Source: Bacteroidota bacterium
GTDB taxonomy: Bacteria; Bacteroidota; Bacteroidia; Flavobacteriales_F; PHOS-HE28
Direction: 5' to 3'
DNA: 64,000 nucleotides
Assembly (NCBI GenBank): GCA_963169535.1
Contig: CAUJED010000023.1
Coordinates: 8,030-72,029 of the forward strand
Each line of letters starts with the position of its first letter. Position 1 is the stretch's first letter. Shown piece by piece: positions 44,915-55,007 of the stretch. Both the position numbers and the translations under genes were made by a program. A model generated the notes under the pieces. That model saw only the letters and a list, made by a program, of their open reading frames with translations, was not told where the DNA came from and did not search any database.

Positions 44915-46317
44915 TTACGCTTCCAAGATACGAACGGTGCACCTGGCTGTTGCACGCGAATGCGCCACGAGGAGGGCCAGCGGTTGTTCCATCGGTTGCC
45001 AGCGCCTTGGAGCCATCCGATCGGAATGCCCTGGTACATGGCGAGTGCCGCACCTTGGGCTTGAGAGGCGAGGATCGAGTTTCCGCGCAGATAGGCGATG
45101 GCCTGATCGTGGTTCAGTGCCACCTGTTGGAAGGCCGTGCGGTCCAGGTCTTGGGACAGGGCGAGGGCGGCATGGGGGCGCCAACTGTCGGCCTTCCGTT
45201 CGCCCAGTGGAGTGCCGGAGGAAAGAACCGGCAGAAGGCCATGAAGGCGTTCCACCATACGGCTCCAGGTGCCATCCACGGCGAACCGTTCCTCGCCATG
45301 GTCCATGACGATCCAGCGATGGGTGGGGCGTAACCATTCCAGCCCGCCACCCGCATGGGAACGGTCAGGATCCACCGCGTAGGATGGAGAGGGCACGCGA
45401 TCGCCGTTCTTCTGGACCAGGGCGATGAAGAAGCCCTCGCCCTGCAGGAGATGCGGATAGCATCGCAGGGCATCCACGCCTTCGCGTGTGCTCCGGATCA
45501 TGCCCCAGGCCGGGTCCGATGGGATCGGAACACAGCGCCCGCCCTTTGCCAAGAGTTGGGCCACCTGCGTTTCGTTCTCACTGGTCTCCCAGGTACAGGT
45601 GCTATAGATCAACAGACCACCCGGCTTCAAGCCATCCCAGGCGTGTTGCAGGATGTGGCTCTGCGTGGTGCTGCATTGCCGCACGAGTCCTTCGGACCAT
45701 TGGGTCCGTGCGAACCCATCCTTGCGGAACATGCCTTCTCCGGAGCAAGGTGCATCCACCACCACCAGGTCGAAGAACTCCGGTAGCCGGGCGAGCTTTT
45801 CCGGTGCCGCCCCGGATACCACGGTGTTCGCCGCGCCCCACTTCCACAGGTTCTCCACCAGGATCCGTTGTCGTTTGGGCTCGATCTCGTTGCTCACCAG
45901 CAGTGCATCGGGGTGCAGCAGGCTGCGCAGATGGGTGCTCTTGCCACCCGGTGCGGCGCAGAGGTCCAAGGCTACGATACGCTCCCCTCCGAGTCCGCTG
46001 GCCTTTACGGCTTGTTCCAGGGCCATGCTGCTCGCTTCCTGCACATAGTAGGCACCGGCATGGAAAAGCGGGTCGAAGGTGAACGAAGGTCGTTCTTCGA
46101 GGTAATGGCCGGTGGCGCACCACGGTATCCTTGCCGCCGCCGGTCCGCTCCATTTGGTCGTGTTCACGCGGATGCTCACCGGCGATGGTGAACGCAAGGC
46201 CCTCTCCAGCCCATCCACTTCAGGCCCCCGCTGTGTTCGCAGCCGCGCTACGAGGTCATCGTCCGTGATCGGCACGGGTACCGCGCGTCGCGAACGGTGG
46301 TGCGCGGCTCGCCCCAT
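44899..46317 (-). CDS. RsmB/RsmF-like rRNA cytosine-C5 methyltransferase (NOL1/NOP2/Sun family)
   Basis: SAM and catalytic motifs LDLCAAPGGKSTHL, VVVDAPCSGEGMFRKD and LIYSTCT. Start set at the internal Met (46317), 8 nt after the purA stop; the track ORF begins at TTG 46377. Confidence 0.8.
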   Translation of the reverse strand: MGRAAHHRSRRAVPVPITDDDLVARLRTQRGPEVDGLERALRSPSPVSIRVNTTKWSGPAAARIPWCATGHYLEERPSFTFDPLFHAGAYYVQEASSMALEQAVKASGLGGERIVALDLCAAPGGKSTHLRSLLHPDALLVSNEIEPKRQRILVENLWKWGAANTVVSGAAPEKLARLPEFFDLVVVDAPCSGEGMFRKDGFARTQWSEGLVRQCSTTQSHILQHAWDGLKPGGLLIYSTCTWETSENETQVAQLLAKGGRCVPIPSDPAWGMIRSTREGVDALRCYPHLLQGEGFFIALVQKNGDRVPSPSYAVDPDRSHAGGGLEWLRPTHRWIVMDHGEERFAVDGTWSRMVERLHGLLPVLSSGTPLGERKADSWRPHAALALSQDLDRTAFQQVALNHDQAIAYLRGNSILASQAQGAALAMYQGIPIGWLQGAGNRWNNRWPSSWRIRVQQPGAPFVSWKRNTDSP

Positions 46318-46324
46318 GGATGGG

Positions 46325-47599
46325 TCACTGAGCCGAGCTGCCGTGTCGATACACGGTCTGTTTTCGATCGGGACCAAGGGAGACCAACGTCACGGGCACC
46401 CCCACGTGTTCTTCGATGAGCTGGATGTATCGTTCCAGGCCAGTGGGCAGCGGGCCCTCGGTGGTCAGGTCGCCCCAACCCTGTACGGTTTCCAGAACGG
46501 GTTCCACATCCGCGGTGATGTCGTAGGGCAGGCGGTCGGTGCGTGATCCACCCACCTTGTAGGCGGTGCAAACGCGCAAGGTGTTCATGTTGCTGAGCAC
46601 GTCCGCCTTCATCATGGCCAGTTCGGTCACGCCGTTCACCATCACGGCATAGCGCAATGCCGGCAGGTCCAGCCAGCCACAGCGACGTGGGCGCCCCGTG
46701 GTGCTTCCGAACTCGCGGCCCACCTGGCGGATGTGCTCGCCGTCGGCATCATGCAGTTCGGTGGGGAAGGGGCCACTGCCAACGCGGGTGCAGTACGCCT
46801 TGAAGATACCCACCACCTTTCCGATGCGGTTGGGTGCGATGCCCAGCCCGGTGCATGCGCCAGCGCTGATGGTGTTGCTGCTGGTCACGAACGGGTAGGT
46901 GCCGAAGTCGATGTCGAGCAAGGTGCCTTGGGCGCCTTCTGCAAGGATGCGTTGGCCACTGCGGAGCGCTTGGTCCAGGAAGTGTTCACTATCCACCAAG
47001 GGCATGGAGCGCAGCACCTCCACGGCCGCGAGCCATTCTTCCATGGCTTCCGCAGGCGCCCCTGGCCGGTCGTACAGGGCCAGCAGGCGCTCATGCTTCA
47101 TCACCAGGCTGTTCAGGCGTGCTTGGAAGTCAGGCAGCTCCAGGTCGCCCACGCGCAGGCCGTTGCGGCCGGTCTTGTCCATGTACGTGGGGCCTATCCC
47201 CTTGAGGGTGCTGCCGATCTTGCCGCTGCCCTTGTCGGCCTCACTGGCCGCATCCAGCGCTCGGTGTGTGGGCAGGATCAGGTGGGCTCTGCGGCTGATG
47301 AGCAGGTTCTTCCGCACATCCACCCCGACTTCCTTGAGGGCATTGATCTCTTTGAGGAAGATCACCGGGTCGATCACCACGCCGTTCCCCACCAGGTTCA
47401 CCGTGCCTTCACGGAACACGCCACTGGGAATGGTGTGGAGCACGTGCTTGCGCCCCTCGAAGATCAGGGTGTGGCCCGCGTTGGGGCCGCCTTGGAACCG
47501 TGCGATGATGTCGTAGTTCGGAGCGATCACGTCCACGACCTTGCCCTTGCCCTCGTCGCCCCATTGGGCACCGAGGAGCACATCCATGCGTGCTTTCAT
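46325..47599 (-). CDS. purA: adenylosuccinate synthase
   Basis: VLLGAQWGDEGKGKVVD, GGPNAGHT, GIGPTY, TTGRPRRCGWLD: full PurA motif set. Confidence 0.97.
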   Translation of the reverse strand: MKARMDVLLGAQWGDEGKGKVVDVIAPNYDIIARFQGGPNAGHTLIFEGRKHVLHTIPSGVFREGTVNLVGNGVVIDPVIFLKEINALKEVGVDVRKNLLISRRAHLILPTHRALDAASEADKGSGKIGSTLKGIGPTYMDKTGRNGLRVGDLELPDFQARLNSLVMKHERLLALYDRPGAPAEAMEEWLAAVEVLRSMPLVDSEHFLDQALRSGQRILAEGAQGTLLDIDFGTYPFVTSSNTISAGACTGLGIAPNRIGKVVGIFKAYCTRVGSGPFPTELHDADGEHIRQVGREFGSTTGRPRRCGWLDLPALRYAVMVNGVTELAMMKADVLSNMNTLRVCTAYKVGGSRTDRLPYDITADVEPVLETVQGWGDLTTEGPLPTGLERYIQLIEEHVGVPVTLVSLGPDRKQTVYRHGSSAQ

Positions 47600-47961
47600 G
47601 CGCTCAGCTTCGCCACGGCCTCATCCACCGTCGGTGTGATCGTGAACACCGTGTCCAGTTTCGTTACCACGAACAACTGGCGCACACTGTGCGAGACCGC
47701 GGCGATCAACGTATCCCCACCGGCGTTCCGGGTCTTGGTGAGCACGTTGATCAGGATGTTCAGGCCGGTGCTGTTCATGTACTGGAGTTCACCCATGTCG
47801 AGCACCACGGTGTTGTGGTCTCCGGTCAGTTCGTTGTCCAGGGTGCCCATCAGCCGGTCGGCCTGCTGTTGGTCCATCAGTCGGCCCTTGAGGTGGAACA
47901 CTTTCCAATTCGGTCCGTTGGAAACAGCGAGGTCGAACATCGGGCGGTCGGTCTCGGTCAT
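47596..47961 (-). CDS. STAS domain protein (anti-sigma-factor antagonist, SpoIIAA-like)
   Basis: [15 protein letters not shown]...[23 protein letters not shown]...[30 protein letters not shown] overlaps at both ends (fur stop, purA start). Confidence 0.75.
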   Translation of the reverse strand: MTETDRPMFDLAVSNGPNWKVFHLKGRLMDQQQADRLMGTLDNELTGDHNTVVLDMGELQYMNSTGLNILINVLTKTRNAGGDTLIAAVSHSVRQLFVVTKLDTVFTITPTVDEAVAKLSA

Positions 47962-48419
47962 GATCGTTGGCGTTTTTCTATGCAGCTTTTGCAGGTCCCA
48001 TGGATCTGCAGGGTATGGTATCGTACTTCGAAATCCAGGACTTCGCTGGCGGTTTTTCGGATCTGTTGGATGCGTGGGTCGCAGAATTCCTGCACCGCAC
48101 CACAATCACTGCACACCAGGTGGTCGTGCTGGCCGAAGGAGTGCGCTTTTTCGAACTGGGATTGTGTTCCGGAGAAGCGGTGCCGACGGACCAGGTCGCA
48201 GTCGATCAGCAGGTCCATGGTGTTGTACAGGGTGGCGCGGCTCACGCGGTACTTCTTGATCTTCATCCGGCCGTATAGCCGTTCGATGTCGAAGTGGCCG
48301 TCGTGTGCATACACCTCGGTGAGTATGGCGAAGCGCTCGGGCGTTTTGCGGTGCCCGTGGCGTTCGAGATACTCACTGAAGATGCGCTGGACCCTGGCTT
48401 GTTGGTCGGCCTCCACCAT
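47958..48419 (-). CDS. fur: Fur family transcriptional regulator
   Basis: [13 protein letters not shown]...HFDIERLY...[13 protein letters not shown] and metal sites [10 protein letters not shown]...CKSC. Start at the internal ATG 48419. Confidence 0.88.
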   Translation of the reverse strand: MVEADQQARVQRIFSEYLERHGHRKTPERFAILTEVYAHDGHFDIERLYGRMKIKKYRVSRATLYNTMDLLIDCDLVRRHRFSGTQSQFEKAHSFGQHDHLVCSDCGAVQEFCDPRIQQIRKTASEVLDFEVRYHTLQIHGTCKSCIEKRQRS

Positions 48420-48544
48420 GGCACCAAAGGTAAGCGACGCGGGTCGGTCCTGGAGTAGGGTGTTGGTCTCGTGTTCCAAGGCCGTGGACCCGTGGTGGTG
48501 ATGGCCCGGTCCAAGACCGCTAGGCGGGCCGGGGCGTTGGCCCA

Positions 48545-50815
48545 CTACCCGTGGTCCACCCGCTCCACGCTACGGACCCCGCGCACCCGTTTCAGTTTCT
48601 CCATCAGGGCGTTGAGGTGGTCGGTGTCATGTACGTACACCATCACCTTCCCGGCGAAGATCCCGTCGTTGCTCTCGAAACTGATGGCACGCATGTTCAC
48701 GTTGTGCTCGTGGCTGATGATGGTGGTGATCTTGTTCACTAAGCCCACATCATCGATGCCGCTGAAGCGGATGCCCGCGAGGAACTCCACGGTGTCCTTT
48801 CCTTTCCACCGCGCCTTCACCACCCGGTAGGCGAAGTTGCTCATCAGCTGTACGGCATTGGCGCAGTTCACACGGTGGATCTTGATCCCCTCGTCGGGGC
48901 TGATGAATCCGAACACGTCATCGCCGGCGATGGGGCTGCAGCAGGAGGAGAGCTGGTAGTCGATCTTCTTCAGGTCGTCTCCAAGGACCAGTGCGGCGTT
49001 CTTGTCCCCGCCACGGATCTCGGCCACCACTTCTTCCAATGATCTTTCGTCGCCGGTGGTGACGGCCTTGGGCAGCAGGAGGCGTCCGGCCTTCACTTGT
49101 CGGCCTTCGATGGTGTCGAGGCGGTGCTTGCCTCGGGCCACCTGGTAGTACAGGTTCGTGATATCGGAACTGCCGAAATAGGTGATCAGGGCCTTCAGGT
49201 TGGTGTTATCCACCCGTGCGCCCCAGGCGCGCAGTTGGCTCAACACGGCCTCGCGACCCACCCCGGCGAGCTTTTTCTTCTGTTCGCGAAGGGCTTGTTT
49301 GATGCGGTGCCGGGCCTTGGCGGTGATGACGTAGTTCAGCCAGTCATCCTTGGGTTGTTGTTTCCGGCTGGTGATGATATCCACCTGGTCGCCGCTCCGC
49401 AAGGGGTGGCTCAGGGGTACGAGTTTGTGATTCACCTTGGCCCCGATGCACTGGCGCCCGATCTGGGTGTGGATCTCGAAGGCGAAGTCCAGTGCGGTGG
49501 CGCCAACGGGCAGGTTGCGCATGTCGCCGTTGGGGGTGAAGACCACGATCTCGTCGCTGAACAGGTCCAGCTTGAAGTCGCTGACGAAGTCCACCGCATT
49601 GCCACTGGTCTCCTCGAGCATTTCGCGGATGCGCCCGAGCCAATTGTCCAGCGCGTGGCTGTGTTCCTGTTCGTCTTTGTACAGGTAGTGCGCTGCGAGG
49701 CCCATTTCGGCGATCTCGTCCATGCGCCGACTGCGGATCTGCACCTCCACCCAGCGGCCTCCGGGGCTCATCACGGTGGTCTGAAGGCTTTCGTAGCCGT
49801 TGGCCTTCGGGGTGCTGATCCAGTCGCGCAGGCGGTCGGGGTTGGGCTGGTAATAGTCGGTCACGATGCTGTACACCTTCCAGCAGTCCGCCTTTTCCAA
49901 TTCCTGCCGTGTGTCCACGATGATCCGAATGGCGAACACATCGTAGACCTCCTCGAAGGCCACGTGTTTCTTCAGCATCTTGTTGTAGATACTGTGGATG
50001 CTCTTGGGACGCCCTTTGATCTCGTACTTGAAGCCCTCCTTGTCCATGGCTTCGCGGATGGGGAGGATGAACCGGCTGATGAAGCGTTTGCGCACGGCCT
50101 CCCCCTTCTTCAGCTTGGCGCCGATCTCCTGGTAGATGACCGGCTCTTGGAATTTCAGCGAGAGGTCCTCCAGCTCGCTTTTGATGTTGTACAGACCCAA
50201 TCGGTGCGCCAACGGTGCGTAGAGGAAGAGGGTTTCGCTGGCGATCTTCAACTGTTTGTCGCGCGCCATGCTGTCCAGGGTGCGCATGTTGTGGAGGCGG
50301 TCGGCGAGTTTCACCAGGATCACATGGACATCCTGCGCAAGGGTCATCAGCACCTTGCGGAAGTTCTCCGCCTGGATGCTGTCGGTGCCGAACTGCATGC
50401 CGCTGATCTTCGTGAGGCCATCGATGATGGTGGCGACCTTGGGCCCGAAGAGATCCTTGACATCATCCAAGGTCAGGTCGGTGTCCTCCACGGTGTCATG
50501 CAGCAATGCGGCCACCACGCTGATGGCGCCCAACCCGATCTCTTCGGCACAGATGCGAGCCACGGCGATGGGGTGGTAGATGTACGGCTCGCCGGTCTTT
50601 CGCCGCTGCTCCTTGTGCGCTTCCACGGCCACGTTGAAGGCCTTGCGGATCATTCGGCTCTCTTCGGCGGTGCGTTCGCCACGGATGGAGCGCAGCAGCC
50701 CACGGTAACGGCGCAGGATCTCCGCGCGCTCCTTCTCCAGATCGATGGAGGGGGGGGGCGAGGAGGGTTCCGTGTTGGCTGTCGGGCTGGTGTGCGGGCC
50801 TTTATCCATGGTCAT
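48545..50815 (-). CDS. bifunctional (p)ppGpp synthetase/hydrolase, RelA/SpoT family
   Basis: HD domain (YIYHPIAVA...LLHDTVEDT), synthetase domain ([13 protein letters not shown]...DVFAIRII), and TGS and ACT regions; 756 aa. Confidence 0.95.
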   Translation of the reverse strand: MTMDKGPHTSPTANTEPSSPPPSIDLEKERAEILRRYRGLLRSIRGERTAEESRMIRKAFNVAVEAHKEQRRKTGEPYIYHPIAVARICAEEIGLGAISVVAALLHDTVEDTDLTLDDVKDLFGPKVATIIDGLTKISGMQFGTDSIQAENFRKVLMTLAQDVHVILVKLADRLHNMRTLDSMARDKQLKIASETLFLYAPLAHRLGLYNIKSELEDLSLKFQEPVIYQEIGAKLKKGEAVRKRFISRFILPIREAMDKEGFKYEIKGRPKSIHSIYNKMLKKHVAFEEVYDVFAIRIIVDTRQELEKADCWKVYSIVTDYYQPNPDRLRDWISTPKANGYESLQTTVMSPGGRWVEVQIRSRRMDEIAEMGLAAHYLYKDEQEHSHALDNWLGRIREMLEETSGNAVDFVSDFKLDLFSDEIVVFTPNGDMRNLPVGATALDFAFEIHTQIGRQCIGAKVNHKLVPLSHPLRSGDQVDIITSRKQQPKDDWLNYVITAKARHRIKQALREQKKKLAGVGREAVLSQLRAWGARVDNTNLKALITYFGSSDITNLYYQVARGKHRLDTIEGRQVKAGRLLLPKAVTTGDERSLEEVVAEIRGGDKNAALVLGDDLKKIDYQLSSCCSPIAGDDVFGFISPDEGIKIHRVNCANAVQLMSNFAYRVVKARWKGKDTVEFLAGIRFSGIDDVGLVNKITTIISHEHNVNMRAISFESNDGIFAGKVMVYVHDTDHLNALMEKLKRVRGVRSVERVDHG

Positions 50816-50967
50816 TGCTCAAGTGCGCCTGCCCGATGAGGGCGCGGCCTGGTGCCTGTACGTCGATGCCGGGATGTGGTTACCAAAGTTACTGCGTCCA
50901 CTGCTGGCCCGGCTCCCTGTGAAGGTTCCGGCGTGCGATCCCGTCCGGGAGGTGCATCGCTACGTGG

Positions 50968-52254
50968 TCATTCCTCAAAGGGCACCGCGGGCAACACCTC
51001 GCCGCGGACCTCCCCGAACCCGATGCGCACGCCGTTGGCCAGACCGTGCCCACGCAGGATCACGCTATCCCCATCCGCGATGAATTTCCGTTCCGTGCCA
51101 TTGGACAGGACCAGAGGCTTGGTGCCCTTCCAGGCCAACTCCAACATGCTGCCGAATCTTCCTGGTTCGTCGCCGCTGATGGTGCCGCTGGCCATCAGGT
51201 CGCCGGACCGCACATTGCAGCCGTTCACGGTGTGGTGGGCGAGCTGCTGGGCCATGCTCCAGTAGAGGTGTTTCAGGTTGCTGCGGCACACCACGTTCTC
51301 CGCATCGTTCTTCGGGGTGATGGCCACCTCCAGCTGGATGTCGAAATGATGCTCCGGCCCTTGTCGGAGGTAGGGTAGCACAGGTGGGTCCTGTACAGGT
51401 GAGGCCACCCGGAAGGGTTCCAACGCATCGAGCAGTACTACCCAGGGGCTCATGCTGCTGGCGAAATTCTTGCCCAGGAACGGACCGAGCGGCACGTATT
51501 CCCACGCTTGGATATCGCGTGCGCTCCAATCGTTGAAGAGCACCAGGCCAAGGATGTGGTCCTCGGCTTCGGCGGTACTGATGCGCTGGCCCATCGGTTT
51601 GCCATCGAAGGTGATGAAGCCCATCTCCAGTTCGAAGTCCAGCTGGCGCGAGGCACCGAACTCGGGGGCGGCATCGGGCGCCGGTCTGAACTGGCCCATG
51701 GGGCGGTGGATCGGCGTGCCGCTGACCACGATGCTGCTGCTGCGTCCATGGTAGCCCACGGGGAGGTGGAGCCAATTGGGCAGGAGTGCGTTGGCGGGGT
51801 CGCGGAACATCACCCCTACGTTGTACGCGTGCTGGCGGCTGCTGTAGAAGTCGGTATAGTCGCCGATCCGTACCGGGAGGTGCATCACCACTTGGTCCAG
51901 GGGCAGCAAGGCATCTTCGCGCAAGGTGTTGTCGTCGCGGAAGGTGGGGGTCTCGGCACGCAGCAGTTCGCTCAATCGCTGGCGCAGGGTACGTACGGCG
52001 GGCTTGCCGCCACACATGATGCCGTGGAGCGTGGGTTCCAGGAAGGCTTCGCGCGGTATGCCCAAGCCATCGAGCAGGGCCACGTCGGCCAGGATGCTCA
52101 AGTCTACCACCGTATCACCGATGCGGGTGCATGGTACGGGAGGTTCCCCGTTCCAGGAGGCTATGCCCAACGGCAGGTTCTGGATGGGGAAGTCGCTATC
52201 CGGAGGAACGGGGATCCAGGAGCGTAGGGAGGGGTGGTTGGGATGCGTGGACAT
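50968..52254 (-). CDS. fahA: fumarylacetoacetase
   Basis: N-terminal SDFPIQNLPLGI, then the C-terminal FAH fold (GDYTDFYSS, FELEMG, GDLMASGTISG). Alternative start at 52275. Confidence 0.88.
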   Translation of the reverse strand: MSTHPNHPSLRSWIPVPPDSDFPIQNLPLGIASWNGEPPVPCTRIGDTVVDLSILADVALLDGLGIPREAFLEPTLHGIMCGGKPAVRTLRQRLSELLRAETPTFRDDNTLREDALLPLDQVVMHLPVRIGDYTDFYSSRQHAYNVGVMFRDPANALLPNWLHLPVGYHGRSSSIVVSGTPIHRPMGQFRPAPDAAPEFGASRQLDFELEMGFITFDGKPMGQRISTAEAEDHILGLVLFNDWSARDIQAWEYVPLGPFLGKNFASSMSPWVVLLDALEPFRVASPVQDPPVLPYLRQGPEHHFDIQLEVAITPKNDAENVVCRSNLKHLYWSMAQQLAHHTVNGCNVRSGDLMASGTISGDEPGRFGSMLELAWKGTKPLVLSNGTERKFIADGDSVILRGHGLANGVRIGFGEVRGEVLPAVPFEE

Positions 52255-52338
52255 GGACCGCAAAGTTGGGGACACGGAAGATAAACGCGGTCATGTCAGC
52301 CAACGGGCGCTCCTCCTGGGCCGTATCAGGGCGAGGAC

Positions 52339-53505
52339 CTAGGATCCCAGGCCTCTCCGGGAACGGAGGTAGGTGATCGCGGATCTCCCGAGGGCGATGG
52401 ACGGGACCTCCAGGTAGCGATGACCAAGTCTAGCCACAAGCAGTACGAGGGGATAGAGGAGCAGCAGGCAACCAACGATGGCCAGGGGCGGAAGTGCCTC
52501 CCGGAGCCCTTTGCCCACCTTGTTCAGGATCGGCTGGTGGAAGAGGTAGAAGCTGTAGCTGACAACACCGAGCCTGGATAGATGCGCCCAAAGCCAATGG
52601 GCCCATCCCTCAGTGGCTATTTTCCACCGGCCTTGATGGATGCGGTCCATGGCCAATGCGGTGGCCAGGGCGCACAACGGGAAGGCCAAGTGTTGCGTCG
52701 GTTTGAATTGAGCGGAAAGAACGGTGAGGACAAGAACGAGGTCGAACCGTATTCGGGCGAACAGGGGGATCTTCTGTTGCATATGGATCTCCGACAGGTA
52801 AGCGCCGATGGACCAACTGGCCCAGAAGAAGAACGGGGACCCCCGTAACGCGAAGGGTAGCTGAGGTAGACCTGCTCGCGAAAGGAAGAATGGCAATATG
52901 CGTAGGAGCAGTTCCAGGGAAGCGGTCAAGATCAAGGCTGTTCTCCAGCCGGAGCGCCGAACGAGCATTAGAAGAAGTGGATAGATCAGATACAACTGTA
53001 TCTCTACGGCGATGCTCCAGAAGGATGGGTTGATCCCGAAGCGTAGATCCTCCCATAAATTCTGAACGGCGAACAGGTTGGCGACAAGCTGGGTCAGGCG
53101 TTCGAGGTTCATCCAGGGGCCACCCCACGGTGGGATGAACAGGAAAAGGGCGATCGCGAACAGGTAGGCCGGATAGATACGGAACCAGCGTCGGATGAAG
53201 AAACCTGCCCAGCCATCACGTGGATTGCGCATATGGCTCAAGTGAATGCAATAACCACTGATGACGAAGAAAATGGCCACGCCGAGGTAGCCCAGTGAGA
53301 ATGGATAGACCAGCAGGAATTCCCAGGAGTGTCCCCAGTCGCGCATTAGCCCAGCCCAAGGAAGTTTGTCGAATCCGAATGCCGGATGGAGGCAGTGGAA
53401 GCATAGGACGGTGAGGATCGCAACACCTCGTAGACCGTCCAGGTACGGCAGGTGGCCGAGGTTCGCACGTCCAGGCGAGGTGGTGATCTTTTCCAAGCTT
53501 GGCAA
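52339..53505 (-). CDS. acyltransferase family 3 membrane protein
   Basis: LPYLDGLRGVAILTVLCFH and about 10 TM helices. Visibly lower GC than its neighbours (three 60-nt lines hand-counted at 47-57%). Confidence 0.8.
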   Translation of the reverse strand: MPSLEKITTSPGRANLGHLPYLDGLRGVAILTVLCFHCLHPAFGFDKLPWAGLMRDWGHSWEFLLVYPFSLGYLGVAIFFVISGYCIHLSHMRNPRDGWAGFFIRRWFRIYPAYLFAIALFLFIPPWGGPWMNLERLTQLVANLFAVQNLWEDLRFGINPSFWSIAVEIQLYLIYPLLLMLVRRSGWRTALILTASLELLLRILPFFLSRAGLPQLPFALRGSPFFFWASWSIGAYLSEIHMQQKIPLFARIRFDLVLVLTVLSAQFKPTQHLAFPLCALATALAMDRIHQGRWKIATEGWAHWLWAHLSRLGVVSYSFYLFHQPILNKVGKGLREALPPLAIVGCLLLLYPLVLLVARLGHRYLEVPSIALGRSAITYLRSRRGLGS

Positions 53506-53655
53506 AGGTGCGAAGAACGGACCATAGAGGACGTGCCCATGGGATCGGTCGGGGATCGGGAACTACCTGCGTCCTCTGCCCGATCGAACCACCCCCCGCC
53601 GCGATCGGGGTGGTCCCACCTGATCGTCGATTTCATCACCTTCGCACGAAGACGC

Positions 53656-54171
53656 ATGGATCGAAAGCCGTATGATATCGCCGACAACGTGATGAGCGCG
53701 CGACTTTTCCGATCGATCATTTCCATGATCGTTGCGGCACACCTGATCCTCGTGCTTGCGTACACCTTACCTCGCGGATGGGTGCCTGACCGCCTGTACG
53801 CCTGGGGTCAACGATACACCCGACCCTGGTTCCACCAACGTTGGGCCCTGTTCGCACCTGACCCAGCGGACTGCGACCGAGTCTTGGAAGTAGGATTTCC
53901 CGACGGCACGTGGAGGCCGCTGATCCCGGCGGACCGACCCTATCTGGTGCGTCGTATGGCGCGTCCACTGGCGCAGCTGGTCTCCGATGATCTTCGTGCG
54001 GGTCGCACGGTGGATCCGGTCCTGGCCCGGGCTATGCGCGGTCTGGTGCGCGACATTGGACGTGAGGTGCCAGACCTACATTTCCGCCTGGTGGAGCGTT
54101 GCATCGTGGATCCGGGCGAGCCGGCCCAACGAATGACCAACTTGTTCATCCTTGATCTCCCAGTGCCATGA
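53656..54171 (+). CDS. DUF5819-like protein (usual partner of HTTM-domain proteins)
   Basis: N-terminal TM, then PWFHQRWALFAPDP, which I associate with DUF5819. 4-nt overlap with the following HTTM-like gene. Start at ATG 53656. Confidence 0.55.
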   Translation: MDRKPYDIADNVMSARLFRSIISMIVAAHLILVLAYTLPRGWVPDRLYAWGQRYTRPWFHQRWALFAPDPADCDRVLEVGFPDGTWRPLIPADRPYLVRRMARPLAQLVSDDLRAGRTVDPVLARAMRGLVRDIGREVPDLHFRLVERCIVDPGEPAQRMTNLFILDLPVP

Positions 54172-54986
54172 ATCTGCCCTGGCGATCGGTCCGTTGGCTC
54201 CAGCGTTTGGTTCATCTCTGGCTCTTCGGCTATTTGCTGAGCAGCTTGCCAGCGGCGGAATGGCTCTGGACGGATCCCGCGGTGCCTTCACTGCCTGCGC
54301 CACCGGGAGTCGCTGCGATGCTCACCCATGCCTTCAGCACCTGGGCACCACCGGGCACCGCGATCATCGCGGTCGTTCTGGTGATGGTATTGGCCCTGCG
54401 TTCGGTCTTCCTGCCTTCGCGATGGTACATCACCCTTGTCGAATGGGGCCTCTTCAACGGCTTGGTGAACTACGCGTGGCTCGACTCCACAGGAGGGCAC
54501 CAACTCATCGCGAACGTGCTGTTCTGGATGATCCTCCTACCGGCCAGGGAGCCCGGGGAAAGCGCAAGGAGGCATCCGGAGGACGTGATGCACCGTGTTG
54601 CGTTCTGGGTGATCCGGCTTCAGTTGCTCCTGGTCTATGCCGTCACCGGTCTGGAGAAGTTGATGGGTGCTTACTGGCCGTCCGGTGAAGCTGTCGGCAT
54701 CATTGCCACCGATACGCGCTATGGCCCGGCGTGGCTTGCCGCGGTCCCCTTGCTGGCCACCACCGTGAACTATGCCGTACTGCTTTTCCAGCTCACCTTT
54801 CCCATCGCCGTCTGGTGGCGCCGTACCCGCCATTGGTGGATGGCGATGGGCATCCTCTTCCATCTATCCACGGGCCTCACGTTCGGTATCTTGGACATGG
54901 GGTTGGCCTTCCTGGCGGTTTATCCCATCTGGTTCAGGGACGGAGAGATGGGTCTGCCGGTCCATGTTCGGAACGAGGGTCGATGA
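54168..54986 (+). CDS. HTTM (vitamin-K-dependent gamma-carboxylase-like) domain membrane protein
   Basis: Polytopic. RLQLLLVYAVTGLEKLMGAYWPSGEAV resembles the conserved HTTM core. Neighbour of DUF5819. Confidence 0.55.
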   Translation: MNLPWRSVRWLQRLVHLWLFGYLLSSLPAAEWLWTDPAVPSLPAPPGVAAMLTHAFSTWAPPGTAIIAVVLVMVLALRSVFLPSRWYITLVEWGLFNGLVNYAWLDSTGGHQLIANVLFWMILLPAREPGESARRHPEDVMHRVAFWVIRLQLLLVYAVTGLEKLMGAYWPSGEAVGIIATDTRYGPAWLAAVPLLATTVNYAVLLFQLTFPIAVWWRRTRHWWMAMGILFHLSTGLTFGILDMGLAFLAVYPIWFRDGEMGLPVHVRNEGR

Positions 54987-55007
54987 AAGGATCGTTACTT
55001 CGCGGCC

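Noticed and set aside
46733-48259. 508-aa plus-strand ORF spanning purA, STAS and fur in antisense
   Set aside because: It crosses three independently supported minus-strand genes and has no motif content.
49097-50839. 580-aa plus-strand ORF
   Set aside because: Antisense to relA/spoT; a shadow frame.
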